Positions 61,401 to 64,000 of a stretch of 64,000 nucleotides of DNA are shown here, piece after piece. The stretch comes from Leidyana gryllorum EB-2025a (lineage: Eukaryota; Protista; Apicomplexa), in assembly GCA_048772705.1 (NCBI GenBank), contig JBLWGC010000143.1:84688-148687 (forward strand), read 5' to 3'. The position numbers and the translations under genes were made by a program. The notes under the pieces are model-generated. The model was not told the origin of the DNA. It did no database searches and saw only the letters and a list, made by a program, of their open reading frames with translations. Numbering within the stretch: the stretch's first letter is position 1; each line of letters starts with the position of its first letter.

Positions 61401-62584
61401 TTTCTCGTCCTGAGATTCACTTACGGTGTCGGCGAGCTGGAAGCGGTCTGCCGTGCTCTCGCCCGTCTCTGAGGCAGCAAGCGAGGAATTCCTCCACCCA
61501 TCAAACAAACTTTGGTCTCGGGCCGTACACCTACGCAGCCAACCATCAGTGATTGAGTCGTTGGAGGTAAGGCCCACCGTAGTTCTCCATATAGGCATCG
61601 GCTCCGAATTGGTAATTTCCCGTTGGCCCCTCGGCAGGACGATCTAAATGAGGTGCCGCCCAACAGGGATCTGCAGAGAGGTTTGAGAGATTTCGGGTGT
61701 TTCTCCATAATCATTACCCAGCAGTGACAGCTCTGCAAAGCCTTGAGAATAACACAAGTGCTCTTCCGGGCGGAAGTAGACACATACCACCATGGTCAAT
61801 TCGCGACGAGTCACAGAGGGGTCGTCGTTGTCGGTTACAGTTTGAGGGCTCGTGTAAGTCAGCGAGGGGCACACGATGCCAAGTGACGAGGGGCACAGAG
61901 GTCGGAGCAGAGTGGTTTCTTGCCCCGGGCGCAGTATCTCAGGAATGAGCTCGAAGCGAATATGTACATTTCTGCAGCCTGATATGGTGGTAGTGGCCCC
62001 CAACTTACTTTACAGACAGACGTATGCGGGAGAATAACCACTGCAAGACATTCTTCATGAAGAAGGCTTGTACCCCTCCCTCCTGTGGAGCTTCTTCTCT
62101 GGCCCGCTTGCGTGCACGACTCTCATCGGTCCAATCGAGCTTTTCCCATAACCTTTGAACTTCCCGTTGTCGGGTTTCCTTCTCCAGATTGGCTGCTTGC
62201 TCAGGACTCCAAGCGCTGGTGGGGCTGAGGGCTATAGTACTATCTGGGTGTCCACACGTTCCGTATACTCACATAAAACCAGAGCGACATCTTTCACTTG
62301 GACTTCGATAGCGCTATCTTGGCGCAGTGGGTTCCAGGGGATAGCCACTGAGAGTTTCCCTATGTCTCCTCGAACAGATACAGGGAAGTCGAGCACACGA
62401 GACAGCACATCAGGTTTCAGCGTGAGCCGTTTCCATTCCAAAGGCCCTGTCTGTCAGGGCAACGCGACAGTACCATGTCGAGATAGATGATATGGCTTAC
62501 ATCATGGCGTTGAGAATCAGGTGCAACAAAATACTCCGCTAAGACATCCTCTATCACCTTAGACAAGTAGCCTGCGATGCTCAT
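43465..62584 (-). CDS. VPS13: VPS13-family bridge-like lipid transfer protein (~19 kb, many exons)
   Basis: Chorein-N (VIEDVLAEYF...LTLKPDVL...PVSVRGDIGKLSVAIPW), NAREWWRYA motif, VAB-like repeats (LLIRNRTG, VENYSPVPV, IENQLPM, VIVNR) and a C-terminal helical region. Confidence 0.85.
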
Positions 62585-62680
62585 CTCCCATTTCTCAAAA
62601 CAATTCTGTCTGGGGGTTTAGTTCAGTACTGGTTGGCTGGCATCATAAATCAAAGTCAATGGAGTCAAGCCTATTGATGT

Positions 62681-64000
62681 TCAAACGTTCGCGGGGTGAG
62701 GAGGAGAAGCCGCGGCGTCGAGAGAGGGAGGTGTGTTGTCTGCGGTCCGACTGTCTCGCTCCCCTTTACGTGGCTCATCGTCCGCTTGGGTCTCGAGTTC
62801 CATTTGTGGCTCATCCTGCCTCGGGGGCTCCACCCGCTCCACAGAGATGCCAAAGGTGTTGAGCAGGGTATTGTTGATGGTGGCATCAACAGGCAAGTCA
62901 ACCTCTTTATCGATCTTGACGTATTGGGTTCGAGGCCGGTCGTCTCCGAACTTCCCAGCCGCTATCATATCGGCTAACCGTTTCTTCTCACTGTTCGTGA
63001 ATGAAGATCAATTGTCACCGGGGATCAACAGTTCACCTACCTGTCGGAATTAGAACTTCGCACACGTCTCAATGCTCTCAGCACATCCTTATTTCCCGGT
63101 TCAATTCTGTCAGCCCGATTATACCACATCTCGGCATCGGCTAAATCCTCCTGTTCTTCTTTGATTTTGCCCATCAAGTAACAGGCCTTTGCATTATCCG
63201 CGTGGGCCTGTAGGAGCGTTTTGAGGGCGCTCTCTGCCTTTTGAAATTGTCCCAATTTGGAGTATACCAACGCTTGATTGCACCGAACTCTCGCCTCTTG
63301 GGCACTTCGGAACTTGCGGTCATAATCTGATCCCTGACTTTCACTCAGCACAATCGCCGCATCTGAGTAGATGCGCTCTGCCCTCAACAAATCACCGATG
63401 CCAAAGTATCTTTTCGCTATATCCTGGACGTGGTCCACATATTCGAGTCGGGCCTGCTTGTGATAGTTCTGCATTCCATCCAATCACGCATTTTGTCATC
63501 GCCCGAAACTCAGAACCCCACTTACGCTCGGCTCCTCTGTCGCATAAAGCTCCTCAAGGTGAACATTGCGGGCGGTGATCCTCTTTCCGGCATAGCGTTC
63601 CAGATATTGGGTCATATCGATACTCGACGGGATCAGTTTAAAATGCGGATCCTTGACTCCCGGGTCTGTCTGCAAGTCGTCGGGATCGATGATCTTTTTA
63701 CGCCCAATCAGAGGATCCGATTCCGCACCATCGAATACTTTACTGATGTCTCCTTTCATATAATGCCCGCCTTTGCCCTGCTTCTGGCAGAGCTCTTCTT
63801 CCTCCTTGCTGAGGCTATAGGGCCCAAAAGCAGCTTCTGGAGACATATTGATAGTCCCCACTTGGCGCACGGCCACTTTCATCACACCCATGTCCAGTCC
63901 CGGGATCACGTCTCCGGCGCCAATGGTGAACATATGGGGAGAGCCCATCTTTCTGGTGTCATAGATTAGCTCATTGTCGTCCGAGGTCTCGAGGCGGTAG
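62681..64000 (-). CDS. FKBP-type PPIase with TPR domain (5' end outside window)
   Basis: PHMFTIGAGDVIPGLDMGV...MSPEAAFG is FKBP-like; TPR motifs RCNQALVYSKLGQFQKA, NAKACYLMGKI, EPGNKDV. Confidence 0.8.

Noticed and set aside
43465-62584. Apparent frameshifts or pseudogenisation across fragmented ORFs
   Set aside because: The breaks I checked coincide with short canonical GT-AG introns; no need to invoke recoding or an alternative genetic code.
430-63969. Numerous antisense and alternative-frame ORFs in the track (e.g. 430-1092, 11490-12140, 26742-27413, 44223-44780)
   Set aside because: Shadows of real coding sequence on another strand or frame; no independent motifs.
1-64000. tRNA, rRNA, snRNA, transposase, reverse transcriptase or viral genes
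   Set aside because: No diagnostic motifs seen by eye; divergent small RNAs cannot be excluded without covariance-model searches.

Overview
Eukaryotic nuclear DNA, not prokaryotic. Genes carry short GT-AG introns (mostly ~40-65 nt; donors GTGAG/GTAAG/GTGCG) and are packed very densely. The style suggests a compact alveolate such as a Perkinsus-like protist (inference; no marker gene proves it). Manual splicing gives about 24 protein genes. Recognisable ones are Ykt6, PEX22-like, DNA primase large subunit, NOT2, a TMBIM/Bax inhibitor-1 member, Mic10-like, a SWIB-domain protein, archease, an F-box/PP2-like protein, a glycosyltransferase-like secreted protein, SDS22, AP-2 mu, a giant PX + Rubicon-homology protein, a CXIP4-like zinc knuckle, a ~19 kb VPS13 and a 5'-truncated FKBP-TPR. 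Most notable observations: (1) a ~320-nt, apparently highly structured non-coding segment at ~5394-5716 in the only large intergenic gap, a candidate ncRNA with loosely RNase MRP/P-like layout; (2) divergent start codons only 20-31 nt apart and overlapping convergent stops, with T-tracts/AG just upstream of many ATGs; (3) an ~8 kb gene with ~8 dispersed MinD-like polybasic amphipathic motifs and two degenerate cNMP-binding domains; (4) a pair of diverged orphan paralogues flanking archease. Exon boundaries and family calls were made by eye, without database searches.
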